From NCBI GenBank assembly GCA_038223395.1, contig JBBRGZ010000001.1:1-43246 (forward strand): a stretch of 43,246 nt of DNA, given 5' to 3'. Below, one piece after another: positions 14,920 through 25,021 of the stretch. Under the pieces are notes generated by a model that saw only the letters and a list, made by a program, of their open reading frames with translations, made no database searches and was not told where the DNA came from. Every line of letters starts with the position of its first letter. Position 1 is the stretch's first letter. A program made the translations under genes and the position numbers. Source of the DNA: Chitinophagales bacterium. Lineage in GTDB: Bacteria > Bacteroidota > Bacteroidia > Chitinophagales > BACL12.

Positions 14920-17900
14920 TTAATACCCAAAAATATCCTCCAAACTCAATTCGGTAAATTCTCCTAAATTTTGCAGGTATATCATGTCGAGTTTATTTTT
15001 ATCACCCATAACAATAATTGTATATTTTCTATCAGATATATGGTCGTCAAAAAATTTCTGCATGTCGTCTAGTGTAAGTGTTTTTGCTTTCAGATAAATA
15101 TCGCGTCGGTAGTCATGCGTCATTCCTTTGCGACGCACATTTTCGTAATTCCAAAATATTGCAGAACGGATAATACGTTCGCTTTCAATTTGTTTTGACA
15201 CTGCGTCCATGCTCGCATTAAATTGTTCTTCGGCGTGTGGCATATTATTCATAATATCCATCATAGCCTCAATAGATTGCTGCATTTTATCTGCTTGCGT
15301 TCCAACAAAGGCTCTTAAATAATGTGCTTCGTTTTTATTTGTTGGCGTTCCAAAATTTACATAGGCAGAATATGCTAAAGCTTTAGTTTCTCTAATTTCC
15401 TGAAACACGATGCTTGATAAACCGCTTCCAAAATATTCGTTAAACAATCGTGCTTCAGGCAACAAAGCAGGTGTAAAGTTTGCATCCTTTGCAATAAACA
15501 TAATTTGCGCTTGCACCATATCATAATTTACAAATAGCACTTTATTTGTGGGTGTTTCTAATTCGGCATATGTCTTTTCTTTTGGATAATCCTGCAATTT
15601 TGCAGGCGTGTTGTGATATTTAAGAATGAGGTTTTTAACATCATCCGGATTTTGTCGTCCGTAAAAAAATATTCTATGTTTAAAAGATTCCAATGCTTTT
15701 ATTTTATCAGTCAACATTTGCGGAGAGGTATTCTCTAAATCTGAAACTGAAACGATATCCGTATTTGGAGAAACAGGGCCCCATTTAGCATAACTAAACA
15801 TTGCATTATTAAATATTTCGCGTTTATCGGTTTTTGCATCTATGCGTTCTTTCGAAATTCCGGATACTAATTCGTTGTATGCATTTTCATTTGGTTGCAC
15901 AGAATTTAACAAGTGCTCAAACAACTCTATACCTTTTTCTAAACTTGTTTCAAGTCCGGTTAACGACACATACACTCTATCTCGACTGCTAAATACATTA
16001 AAACTCAAACCTAATTTAAAAAACTCTTGCTGCAGTTGAGCAGCGGTATATTTATCGGTTCCGAGATAGGGCAAATAATTAATTGCATAACCAATCATTG
16101 CATCATTATCTGTCCCCATATCTAAAATATAATACAGCTCAAATAATTCATCTTCTTTGTTGCGGATGTATGAAAATGGAATATCGTTTCCAATATTTTG
16201 AGTTGAAATACTTTTGCCATAATCCACAAATTCAGGAGTGATATGCGTTGATGGTAATCCTGAAAAATTTTTAACAAAATTACTTTGTGCATCGCGGTTA
16301 GCTTCCACCGGTGTTATTTTGGGCTTATCCACTTTTTTTACATTCTTATCTTCCCCTTGTCGTTTATAAATAACAACATAATCGTTTGCCGTAAAATATG
16401 TATTTGCAAAATTTATAACATCTTGTTTAGTTATTTTCTCCATCAGCGCATATTCGTTCATATACGAACCCCAGTCAATATTTTTTACAAACACATTTAC
16501 AAAGGCACCTGCTCTTCCTGCATTTGATTCAAAAGATTTTGTGCGCGATAATTTATAATCGTTTACAACTGCTTTTATTAACCACTCGTCAAATTCACCT
16601 TTTTTAAGTTTAGCGAGTTCTGCTAATAATAATTTTTCGCATTCCTCCAAGCTCTGTCCTTCGCGTGGATCTGCCGATAAGGTTAACACTCCATATTCCT
16701 TCCATTCACTGTAATAAGCACCGGCATCCAATACTTTTTGTTTTTGATTTAAATCTAAATCAATCAAACCAGCTTGTTGATTATAAAGAATTCCGGAAAC
16801 TAATTTTGCAATAGTATTATCTTTTTGATTTGCACCAGGTGTGCGAAAACCCATCATCATTGTTTCAGCTTCTAAGCCATAAACGTCTCTGCGTTGCACT
16901 TCTGTAATTGGTTTTTCAGCAGGAAATTTTGTATCTCCGATAGGACGCTGCACATATCCTCCAAAATAAGCATCAATTAATGCAATTGTTTTATCGTAAT
17001 CAATATCACCACTCAAACAAATAGCCATATTATTCGGCACATAAAAGGTGTAGAAAAATCCCATAATGTTTTTCATTGAAGGATTTTTTAAATCTTCTCC
17101 ATCACCAATAGTTGTTTGTGTTCCGTAAGGGTGTGTTGGGAATAGTGCTTTATAATATGCTTCAAACATTTTGCTGCCATCTCTGTCTTGGCCCATATTA
17201 TATTCCTCATACACAGTTTCTAACTCAGTATGAAACAAACGCAAAACACAAGTTTTAAAACGTTCGCTTTCCACTACCAGCCATTTTTCTATTTCGTTGC
17301 TCGGAATATCATTTACATATACAGTTTGTTCTTTGCTTGTATAAGCATTTGTTCCTTTTGCACCGAGTGAATTTATCATTTTATCATATTCGTTAGGCAC
17401 TGCAAACTTTGCTGCTTCTTGACTTGCTCTATCTATTTCATTATAAATTGCTTTTTTCTTTTCAGGATCAGTTTCTGCACGATGCTTTTCATATAATTGT
17501 GAAATATTTTCAAGCACCAATTTTTCACGATTCCAATCTGTTGTGCCAATATTATTTGTGCCTTTAAACATCATGTGCTCAAGGTAATGCGCTAAACCGG
17601 TTGTTTCTTTAGGGTCGTTTTTAGAACCTGCTTTTACTGCGATATAAGTTTGAATTCTTGGTTCAGCTTTATTTTGCGATAAATATATTTTTAAGCCATT
17701 TTTTAATGTATAAATCCGAGTTCCTGTGGGGTCATTTGGAATAGAATAATAATCATATTTTCCTGGTTTAACAGGAGAATTGAGATTTTGAGTTGTATTG
17801 TTGGTATTAAAAATTGTAATCGGATCTGGATATTTCGGATCCACTCTAACAGGTCCGCTTACTCCAGAGGAGGAAGCAGATTGGTATTGTGGCTGCGATG

Positions 17901-18030
17901 AACCAGATGAACCTGATGAACTAGACGAACTTGAGGAAGAACTGCTGCTTGAACCTGATTGTGCAAATACAAACTGTCCTGCAAAAAAGATTACTAAAAA
18001 TAATTGAAAACGTGCAAATTGATTTTTCAT
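14920..18030 (-). CDS. M16-family (insulinase/pitrilysin-like) zinc peptidase, secreted
   Basis: It has a signal peptide and the inverted zinc motif HYLEHMMFKG (HxxEH). It is a 1036 aa two-module protein with a poly-Ser/Gly tract after the signal peptide. Confidence 0.9.
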   Translation of the reverse strand: MKNQFARFQLFLVIFFAGQFVFAQSGSSSSSSSSSSSSSGSSGSSQPQYQSASSSGVSGPVRVDPKYPDPITIFNTNNTTQNLNSPVKPGKYDYYSIPNDPTGTRIYTLKNGLKIYLSQNKAEPRIQTYIAVKAGSKNDPKETTGLAHYLEHMMFKGTNNIGTTDWNREKLVLENISQLYEKHRAETDPEKKKAIYNEIDRASQEAAKFAVPNEYDKMINSLGAKGTNAYTSKEQTVYVNDIPSNEIEKWLVVESERFKTCVLRLFHTELETVYEEYNMGQDRDGSKMFEAYYKALFPTHPYGTQTTIGDGEDLKNPSMKNIMGFFYTFYVPNNMAICLSGDIDYDKTIALIDAYFGGYVQRPIGDTKFPAEKPITEVQRRDVYGLEAETMMMGFRTPGANQKDNTIAKLVSGILYNQQAGLIDLDLNQKQKVLDAGAYYSEWKEYGVLTLSADPREGQSLEECEKLLLAELAKLKKGEFDEWLIKAVVNDYKLSRTKSFESNAGRAGAFVNVFVKNIDWGSYMNEYALMEKITKQDVINFANTYFTANDYVVIYKRQGEDKNVKKVDKPKITPVEANRDAQSNFVKNFSGLPSTHITPEFVDYGKSISTQNIGNDIPFSYIRNKEDELFELYYILDMGTDNDAMIGYAINYLPYLGTDKYTAAQLQQEFFKLGLSFNVFSSRDRVYVSLTGLETSLEKGIELFEHLLNSVQPNENAYNELVSGISKERIDAKTDKREIFNNAMFSYAKWGPVSPNTDIVSVSDLENTSPQMLTDKIKALESFKHRIFFYGRQNPDDVKNLILKYHNTPAKLQDYPKEKTYAELETPTNKVLFVNYDMVQAQIMFIAKDANFTPALLPEARLFNEYFGSGLSSIVFQEIRETKALAYSAYVNFGTPTNKNEAHYLRAFVGTQADKMQQSIEAMMDIMNNMPHAEEQFNASMDAVSKQIESERIIRSAIFWNYENVRRKGMTHDYRRDIYLKAKTLTLDDMQKFFDDHISDRKYTIIVMGDKNKLDMIYLQNLGEFTELSLEDIFGY

Positions 18031-18053
18031 TTTTTAAATTTATATTGATATTA

Positions 18054-19844
18054 TTAATAATCGAGCTCAAATCCCAACGAATCTTTCAATTCTTTAATTA
18101 GTGGATTTAACTCTTCCATTTTTTTATATTTTTCTTGTGTTGTATATGGTCGTTTTATTCTATCACTTTTTGTGGCTCCCACTTCAAATGCTATTCCAAA
18201 TTGGTTGTTTTGCAATTGTTCTTTAATAAAGGTGCGCAATTCGGTTATCATTTCTTTCATGATGCTCACCTCAACCGACGAATCCAATCGGATTAAAATT
18301 TCATTATTATCATTAATGGTTACCTCCGCGTGATCCATAATAATTGCAATGCGATGGTGTTCAACGCGTATGGTGTTTGCATATTTTTTCCAAACAACAA
18401 AAAATATTTCAGGCGTAATAATTTCCATTTCGCCCTCATCAATAACCTTTAGTGATTCTGCTAAACGTGCATCATCTTCCTTTTTAATAACCTTGCGCAG
18501 GTCAGTTTTTTTGGGAATTAATACCGTTTCATTGTCATCCAATGTTGGTGTAAAAACAGTATTATTTTCAACAACAACTTTTTTAATGTGTGTTTCCGGT
18601 TCTTTTATCTTCGCCTCAACAACAGGCTTTTCTTCCAGTTTATTTTGCGTTTTAAGTCCATTTTGCGGAACACGTATTCTAGTATTTTTTGCTAATTCAG
18701 ATCCGTCAGAAGTTTTTTTTTCCGAGTTTCCCGATAACAGGGAGGAAACCGCGTTGTGCATATAACACAGTTTCATAATTGCCAACTCAACATGCAATCT
18801 TTTATTTTTACTCGTGCGGTAATTTACATCTGCAGCATTTAAAATATTTAACCCTGTTAATAAAAATGAGGAAGTAATTACTTCAGACTGCTCTTTATAA
18901 CGCTCAATCGCATTTTCACTAATTTCGAGTAATTGAACTGTTTTTTCATCCTTACACATTAACAAATTGCGAAAATGTTCTGCTAATCCGTTAATAAATA
19001 TATCGCCATCGAAACCTTTGCTTACAATTTCGTTATATATCAATAAACAACTCGTAACATCTTCACTTGCAAAAGCATTTGTTATTTTAAAAAAATATTC
19101 ATAATCGAGAATATTCAAATTTTCAATAACATCTTTAGCAGTAATTTTCTTACCTGAAAAACTTGTAATACGGTCAAAAATACTCAGTGCATCGCGCATA
19201 GCGCCGTCGGCTTTTTGCGCTATCAGGTGCATGGCTTCTTCATCGCAATCTACACCTTCGTTTTTGCAAATAATGTTTAATTGTTTTGTCATGTGCTTGA
19301 TTTTAATACGATTAAAATCAAAAATCTGACACCTACTTAAAATGGTAGGAATAATTTTATGTTTCTCGGTAGTTGCAAGAATAAATTTAACGTAAGAGGG
19401 CGGTTCTTCCAAGGTTTTCAAAAATGCATTAAAAGCGTTTGCGCTGAGCATGTGTACCTCATCCACTATATATATTTTAAACTTTCCACTTGCAGGTGCA
19501 TAACGTACTTGTTCTACTAAACTGCGAATGTCTTCCACAGAATTATTGGAAGCAGCATCTATTTCGTGAATATTAAATGAGGAGTTTTCGTTGAAAGATG
19601 TGCAGCTATTGCAAGCATTACATGCTTCGCCATCAGGTTGCAAATTTTCACAATTGATGGTTTTCGCCATGATTCGGGCACAGGTTGTTTTACCCACACC
19701 TCTCGGGCCGCAAAACAAGAAAGATTGCGCTAAATGGTTGTTTTTAATGGCATTTTTAAGGGTGTTTACCACCTGATCCTGCCCTATCACATCATCCCAT
19801 GAAGCCGGTCGGTATTTCCTAGCTGATACTACAAAACTTTGCAC
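18054..19844 (-). CDS. dnaX: DNA polymerase III subunit tau (and possibly gamma)
   Basis: It has Walker A (GPRGVGKTT), a zinc module (CNACNSC), Walker B (DEVHMLS) and SRCQ. Confidence 0.95.
   Translation of the reverse strand: MQSFVVSARKYRPASWDDVIGQDQVVNTLKNAIKNNHLAQSFLFCGPRGVGKTTCARIMAKTINCENLQPDGEACNACNSCTSFNENSSFNIHEIDAASNNSVEDIRSLVEQVRYAPASGKFKIYIVDEVHMLSANAFNAFLKTLEEPPSYVKFILATTEKHKIIPTILSRCQIFDFNRIKIKHMTKQLNIICKNEGVDCDEEAMHLIAQKADGAMRDALSIFDRITSFSGKKITAKDVIENLNILDYEYFFKITNAFASEDVTSCLLIYNEIVSKGFDGDIFINGLAEHFRNLLMCKDEKTVQLLEISENAIERYKEQSEVITSSFLLTGLNILNAADVNYRTSKNKRLHVELAIMKLCYMHNAVSSLLSGNSEKKTSDGSELAKNTRIRVPQNGLKTQNKLEEKPVVEAKIKEPETHIKKVVVENNTVFTPTLDDNETVLIPKKTDLRKVIKKEDDARLAESLKVIDEGEMEIITPEIFFVVWKKYANTIRVEHHRIAIIMDHAEVTINDNNEILIRLDSSVEVSIMKEMITELRTFIKEQLQNNQFGIAFEVGATKSDRIKRPYTTQEKYKKMEELNPLIKELKDSLGFELDY
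18713..18721 (-). other. A9 homopolymer in dnaX codons 375-378, candidate recoding/slippage site
   Basis: The minus strand reads G AAA AAA AAA CT. The -1 frame gives AAC TTC TGA and the +1 frame gives CTT CTG ACG GAT CTG AAT TAG. Confidence 0.4.
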
Positions 19845-19949
19845 GGCTTAAAGATAAGAATTTTGTAGGTGACCTGAAACCCAAAATAGGTAAAATTTTT
19901 TGCAAAATTGTCTGATTTGGGACTAAAGCTACAAGGGCGTAGGGGTTTA

Positions 19950-21275
19950 TTATTTAATAATTTCGAAAGTTTTTACTGAAAAGAAATTAATTGAAAATAT
20001 TTTTAGGTAATATAATGCCGGAGGTAAATCCTGAAGCGATAAAATTGTTTGTGTGGATGCAATAGTATTTTGCAGAATTTCATTGCCATTGATATCATAT
20101 AAAATATAGGTAATATTTTCGTTTATATCAGGAACAGAAATTGTACAATATTCAGATGCCGGATTTGGAAAGACAGAAATTTTTTCATTGCCCTTTTGCC
20201 CTTGAATTATATCAACGGTGCAATCAATTGCACTACTTTCCTCTGTTTTAAAATCACCATCTTCAACCCACCAATTTTCCCATACAAAATCGCTGCCTGT
20301 TATTGTTTTCCAGTCGTTTAAATCCAAAGCATTTGTTCCTAAATTATTAGCACCCATTTTAATTACTTTCAATGCAACATTATCTCTATTCCACGTTAAT
20401 TTTTCACCATCAACACAAACCTCAGGTTCTGCAGGGCTAAAACAATTTACCTGAATAAAATAAACGAAATCATCCTCGCCCGGATAGGAGCCATAGGCAT
20501 GCGCAATATTGTTTTCATCGATACAAACTGCAGTATATTCCTCACTTGCAATACCATAAAAAGCATGACCGTAATCTTTGTACAAACGAGCTAAAAATGC
20601 AATATGTCTGCCGCGTCGGTCGGGATTATCGTAATGTGTATCTGTTATGATATTTTGTGTTGCTGGATTTGAAATAAAATCGCCATAACCAAGTGTAACA
20701 AAATTATTATATGGATCATTTAATGATTGCGAAGAAGTTGCGCTTCCATTTTCTGCAGAAAAATAAGCTTCTCCCATAATTGCATCTCCTGCACTTGTTC
20801 CTCCAATGGGAATTTTTTTCTCATTAATTACAGCATTTATTGCATCTTCTACAGGTGTATCACGCCAAAACGAAATATAATCCCATTGGTCGCCACCGGC
20901 AAACCATAAAGCCTCTGCATTTTCAATTTGTTGAATTACGTAAGGGTCGAAAGAAGCATCGGCAGAATTGCAAACGATTGTCTGCACTGAATTAACGGAA
21001 ACACCCAAATCGGAATAAAAATAATCGTTATATCCGCCATCACCAGTAGTTCTCAGAACCAAAATATCGCCGCCATCGGCTCTGTTCAAAAACCAGCGCA
21101 TTGCATTGTCGTTTTCTGTAGCACCGCCCATTAAAACTGTGCCCACAACAGGCGAGGTAGCAATATCAGCAGTATCGCCAGTAAAATAACTAGTAAAACT
21201 TTGCGCTTGCGCTGTAAAAATCATCATAGAAAAAATTATCAAATATATACTGCGCATAATCATCATTTTAGGCAA
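19950..21275 (-). CDS. peptidase S51 (cyanophycinase-like) domain protein with T9SS C-terminal sorting domain
   Basis: It has a signal peptide and the S51-type nucleophile context GGTSAGDAIMGE. The C-terminal ~80 aa has ISVFPNPASEY...LPPALYYLKI, typical of Por/T9SS CTDs. Confidence 0.75.
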   Translation of the reverse strand: MPKMMIMRSIYLIIFSMMIFTAQAQSFTSYFTGDTADIATSPVVGTVLMGGATENDNAMRWFLNRADGGDILVLRTTGDGGYNDYFYSDLGVSVNSVQTIVCNSADASFDPYVIQQIENAEALWFAGGDQWDYISFWRDTPVEDAINAVINEKKIPIGGTSAGDAIMGEAYFSAENGSATSSQSLNDPYNNFVTLGYGDFISNPATQNIITDTHYDNPDRRGRHIAFLARLYKDYGHAFYGIASEEYTAVCIDENNIAHAYGSYPGEDDFVYFIQVNCFSPAEPEVCVDGEKLTWNRDNVALKVIKMGANNLGTNALDLNDWKTITGSDFVWENWWVEDGDFKTEESSAIDCTVDIIQGQKGNEKISVFPNPASEYCTISVPDINENITYILYDINGNEILQNTIASTQTILSLQDLPPALYYLKIFSINFFSVKTFEIIK

Positions 21276-21331
21276 AGATAAGACAGTAAGGCAAAAGGAA
21301 TTGAATTATATTTGCAGAAATTTTATTACAC

Positions 21332-22525
21332 TTGAAATCTTCGCCAAAACTCGACTTTAACAATACAGAAACTGCCTTTTCGGGGAAAAGTAATTCCGAA
21401 TTAAAATGGGAACATTGGTTATTTAAGGTAATGAATAATAACGGACTCACTTCCGTACTTACTTCCTTGGCGCAACTGACAATTAATTTGCATTTACCCT
21501 TTAAATGGGCAATTAAAAAAACAGTTTACGATCAATTTTGCGGTGGTGAAACCTTAGAAAAAACAATACCGGTTTTGAACAAATTGGAGGAATTTAATAT
21601 TGGTGCAATTATAGATTATGGTGTTGAAGGAAAAGAAAGTGAAGCGGAGTTTGAAAAAACAAAAAATGAATTAATTAAAATTATACAATTTGCAAAAAGT
21701 AGAAATGTAAATGGAAAAATTGTTGTTCCTTTTTTAAGTTGTAAAGTAACAGGCTTAACTGAATTTAGTTTACTTGAAAAATTAAATTCCGCAGTAGAAT
21801 TAAATGCAGAAGAAACAATTGAAAAAGAAAAATTATACGTCAGACTAAATGCAATAGTAACAGCGGCAGAAGATGCGCATGTAGGTTTATTTGTAGATGC
21901 AGAAGAGAGTTGGATACAAGATGCAGTTGATGAGCTTACTTTCTATTTAATGCGTAAATACAATAAAAATAAAACAGTTGTTTTCAGTACACCCCAAATG
22001 TATAGACACGACCGTTTAGCATTTTGCAAAAAATCTTTAGAAGATGCAAAAAGCAATAATTATATTTTGGGATTAAAACCTGTTCGTGGCGCATACATGG
22101 AAAAAGAAAGAAAACGTGCAGAAAAAAATAATTATCCCTCTCCTATTCAACCGGATAAAGAATCAACTGATAGAGATTATAATGCTGTTTTGATGTTTTG
22201 TTTGGATAATATTGACAATATCACAATATGCGCCGCAACACATAACGAAAAAAGCAGTTTATTACTTGCCGAAGAAATGCAGCGCAGAAATATTGCGCAC
22301 AATCACCCACATATTTCCTTTTCGCAATTATATGGCATGAGCGATCAAATAACATATAATCTTGCAAAAGCCGGCTACAACACAACCAAATATTTACCTT
22401 ACGGACCTGTTAAGGATGTAATCCCCTACCTGATTAGAAGAGCGCAGGAAAACAAAAGTGTGAGCGGTCAAATGAGCAGAGAATTGGGGCTTATTGACAA
22501 AGAAATTAAAAGACGCAGCATGTAA
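21332..22525 (+). CDS. proline dehydrogenase
   Basis: It is a monofunctional PRODH-type sequence (LDFNNTETAF..., LKPVRGAYMEKERKRA, QLYGMSD, YLPYGP...YLIRRAQEN). The TTG start is as in the track, because the conserved N-terminus precedes the first ATG. Confidence 0.85.
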   Translation: MKSSPKLDFNNTETAFSGKSNSELKWEHWLFKVMNNNGLTSVLTSLAQLTINLHLPFKWAIKKTVYDQFCGGETLEKTIPVLNKLEEFNIGAIIDYGVEGKESEAEFEKTKNELIKIIQFAKSRNVNGKIVVPFLSCKVTGLTEFSLLEKLNSAVELNAEETIEKEKLYVRLNAIVTAAEDAHVGLFVDAEESWIQDAVDELTFYLMRKYNKNKTVVFSTPQMYRHDRLAFCKKSLEDAKSNNYILGLKPVRGAYMEKERKRAEKNNYPSPIQPDKESTDRDYNAVLMFCLDNIDNITICAATHNEKSSLLLAEEMQRRNIAHNHPHISFSQLYGMSDQITYNLAKAGYNTTKYLPYGPVKDVIPYLIRRAQENKSVSGQMSRELGLIDKEIKRRSM

Positions 22526-22629
22526 GGCATATTTTACCTCTATTGAGGTATTAAAAAAGAACGAAAATCACCATTTTCGTGTTAATCAGTTTTTGTAACT
22601 TTGCTGAGAGCAATAAATTATTAAAAATT

Positions 22630-23787
22630 ATGTCTTTTTATAGTAAAGCAGGGCAAATACCGCAAAAACGCCATACACAATTTCGCAAACCGGATGGCAG
22701 TTTATATCACGAAGAATTATTCTCAACCGAAGGATTTAGCAATACCTATTCGTTATTATATCATTTATATCCACCAACCAAAATTAAACAAGTTGGTGAA
22801 GCGTATAGTGTTGAACCAAAAGTGGTATTGTCAAAACAATTAAAGCATCGCTCACTCCACGGATTTAAAATTAAACCTGTAGACGATTATTTGGAAAGCA
22901 GAAAAGCAGTTTTGGTAAATAGCGATTTACACATTTCGCTTGCTGCACCAAAAAAGAGCATGACAGATTATTTTTATAAAAATGTAGATGCTGATGAAAT
23001 GATTTTTTGTCACGAAGGAAGTGGTACCTTATATTCTATGTATGGTGAAATAAAATTTACTTACGGAGATTATATTATTATTCCGCGTGGCACTTTATAT
23101 CAAATGCATTTTGATAATGAAAATAACAGACTTTTTATTGTGGAATCTTTTTCACCAATAGAATTTCCTAAACGCTATTTGAACAAGGTAGGTCAATTAA
23201 TGGAACACGCACCATTTTGCGAACGCGACATTAATACACCTCAAAATTTAAAGACCTATGACATTCAGGGCGACTTCTTTTTCAAAATAAAAAAACAGGG
23301 CATTATTTATCCTTATCATTATGCCAACCATCCCTTCGATTTAATTGGATGGGATGGATATGTATATCCGTGGTCATTTTCTATTCATAATTTCGAGCCG
23401 ATTACTGGACGCGTTCATCAACCACCTCCAGTGCATCAAACTTTTGAAGCCCGAAATTTTGTAGTATGCAGTTTTGTTCCCCGTATGTTCGATTATCATC
23501 CTCTTGCAATTCCTGCTCCTTATAATCATAGTAATATTGATAGTGATGAAATTTTATATTATGTAGATGGAGATTTTATGAGCAGAAAATCGGTAGAACG
23601 TGGCATGATAACTTTACACCCTGGTGGAATACCACACGGTCCACATCCCGGCACCTACGAAGGGAGTATAGGAAAAAAATCAACTGAAGAATTGGCAGTA
23701 ATGATAGATCCTTTTAAACCATTGCAACTTACTGAAGCTGCCTTGGAAATTGAAGATAAGGATTATTACCTTTCGTGGTTGTCTTAA
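22630..23787 (+). CDS. hmgA: homogentisate 1,2-dioxygenase
   Basis: It is of the Bacteroidota short HGD type (MSFYSKAGQIPQKRHTQF...). I moved the start to the ATG at 22630, since the upstream 17 codons of the track ORF look non-coding. It lies next to hppD. Confidence 0.88.
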   Translation: MSFYSKAGQIPQKRHTQFRKPDGSLYHEELFSTEGFSNTYSLLYHLYPPTKIKQVGEAYSVEPKVVLSKQLKHRSLHGFKIKPVDDYLESRKAVLVNSDLHISLAAPKKSMTDYFYKNVDADEMIFCHEGSGTLYSMYGEIKFTYGDYIIIPRGTLYQMHFDNENNRLFIVESFSPIEFPKRYLNKVGQLMEHAPFCERDINTPQNLKTYDIQGDFFFKIKKQGIIYPYHYANHPFDLIGWDGYVYPWSFSIHNFEPITGRVHQPPPVHQTFEARNFVVCSFVPRMFDYHPLAIPAPYNHSNIDSDEILYYVDGDFMSRKSVERGMITLHPGGIPHGPHPGTYEGSIGKKSTEELAVMIDPFKPLQLTEAALEIEDKDYYLSWLS

Positions 23788-23850
23788 TTGAATTAATATT
23801 GAAAATAAAAAATATAATCAAATAATTAAATCATTATCAATAATAATATT

Positions 23851-24978
23851 ATGGATACTTTAAAAATGGATCAACCTGCAACTGAAACCACAGATTTTTT
23901 GCCATTAAACGGAACAGATCATATCGAATTTTATGTAGGCAATGCAAAACAATCTGCTTATTATTATCAATCTGCTTGGGGATATCAATTAGTTGCTTAT
24001 TCAGGTTTAGAAACCGGAGTGCGCGACAGAGCGAGTTATGTTTTGCAGCAAGATAAAATTCGTATTGTTTTAACAACGTCGTTTGATCCTGAAAGCGAAA
24101 TTTCACAGCATGTTAAAAATCATGGTGATGGTGTTAGAGTTTTAGCTTTAATGGTTGATGATGCAACAAAAAGTTATGACGAAACAATTAAACGCGGGGC
24201 AAAATCTTTCATGAAACCAACTACCATGAAAGATGCATTTGGTGAAATTGTTGTATCGGGTATATATACATATGGGGAAACTATTCACAAATTTGTTGAG
24301 CGCAAAAATTATTCAGGTCCGTTTATGCCGGGTTATGTAAAGAAAGAATCAAATATGGAAATCAAACCCATAGGTTTAAAATATATCGATCATTGCGTCG
24401 GCAATGTTGAACTCGGTCGCATGAATGAGTGGGTTAAATTTTATGAAGATGTAATGGGTTTTAAATTGCTCATTACTTTCGACGATAACGATATTTCAAC
24501 TGAATATACTGCATTAATGAGCAAGGTTGTTTCTAATGGCAATGGATTTGTAAAATTTCCAATTAACGAGCCGGCTGAAGGAAAGAAAAAAAGTCAAATT
24601 GACGAATACCTCGAATTTTATAAAGGAGCCGGTGTTCAACATATAGCTGTAGCAACCGAAAATATTTTAGAAACTGTGAGTGAATTAAAAAAACGAGGTA
24701 TTGAATTTTTACAAGTTCCGGGTGCTTACTACGAGGATGTTTTAAATCGCGTGGGACATATCGACGAAAACTTAGAAGACCTTAAAAAGCTCAATATTTT
24801 AATTGATAGGGATGAAGAGGGCTATTTATTACAAATATTCACAAAACCTGTGGAAGATCGTCCAACAGTATTTTATGAAATAATAGAGCGACACGGGGCA
24901 AAAAGTTTTGGGAAAGGCAATTTTAAGGCTTTATTTGAAGCAATAGAGCGCGAGCAGGAACTGCGCGGCACCTTATAA
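23851..24978 (+). CDS. hppD: 4-hydroxyphenylpyruvate dioxygenase
   Basis: It has a two-VOC-domain architecture and the typical C-terminus FGKGNFKALFEAIEREQELRG. Confidence 0.92.
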   Translation: MDTLKMDQPATETTDFLPLNGTDHIEFYVGNAKQSAYYYQSAWGYQLVAYSGLETGVRDRASYVLQQDKIRIVLTTSFDPESEISQHVKNHGDGVRVLALMVDDATKSYDETIKRGAKSFMKPTTMKDAFGEIVVSGIYTYGETIHKFVERKNYSGPFMPGYVKKESNMEIKPIGLKYIDHCVGNVELGRMNEWVKFYEDVMGFKLLITFDDNDISTEYTALMSKVVSNGNGFVKFPINEPAEGKKKSQIDEYLEFYKGAGVQHIAVATENILETVSELKKRGIEFLQVPGAYYEDVLNRVGHIDENLEDLKKLNILIDRDEEGYLLQIFTKPVEDRPTVFYEIIERHGAKSFGKGNFKALFEAIEREQELRGTL

Positions 24979-25021
24979 TATTTATACCCAACTCACAAAG
25001 TTGTAGATTACTTTTACGAAA

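Noticed and set aside
19845-19949. Looked for an SRP (4.5S/ffs) RNA upstream of dnaX, where it lies in many bacteria
   Set aside because: No GGAAGCAGC / AGGUCCGGAAGG-type domain IV motif and no long closing helix are visible in this 105 bp gap.
21268-21450. 60 aa minus-strand ORF in the S51 peptidase/PRODH divergent region
   Set aside because: It overlaps the conserved N-terminus of proline dehydrogenase on the opposite strand and has no recognisable features.
23849-24106. 85 aa minus-strand ORF overlapping the hppD 5' end
   Set aside because: It is antisense to the conserved HPPD N-terminal domain.
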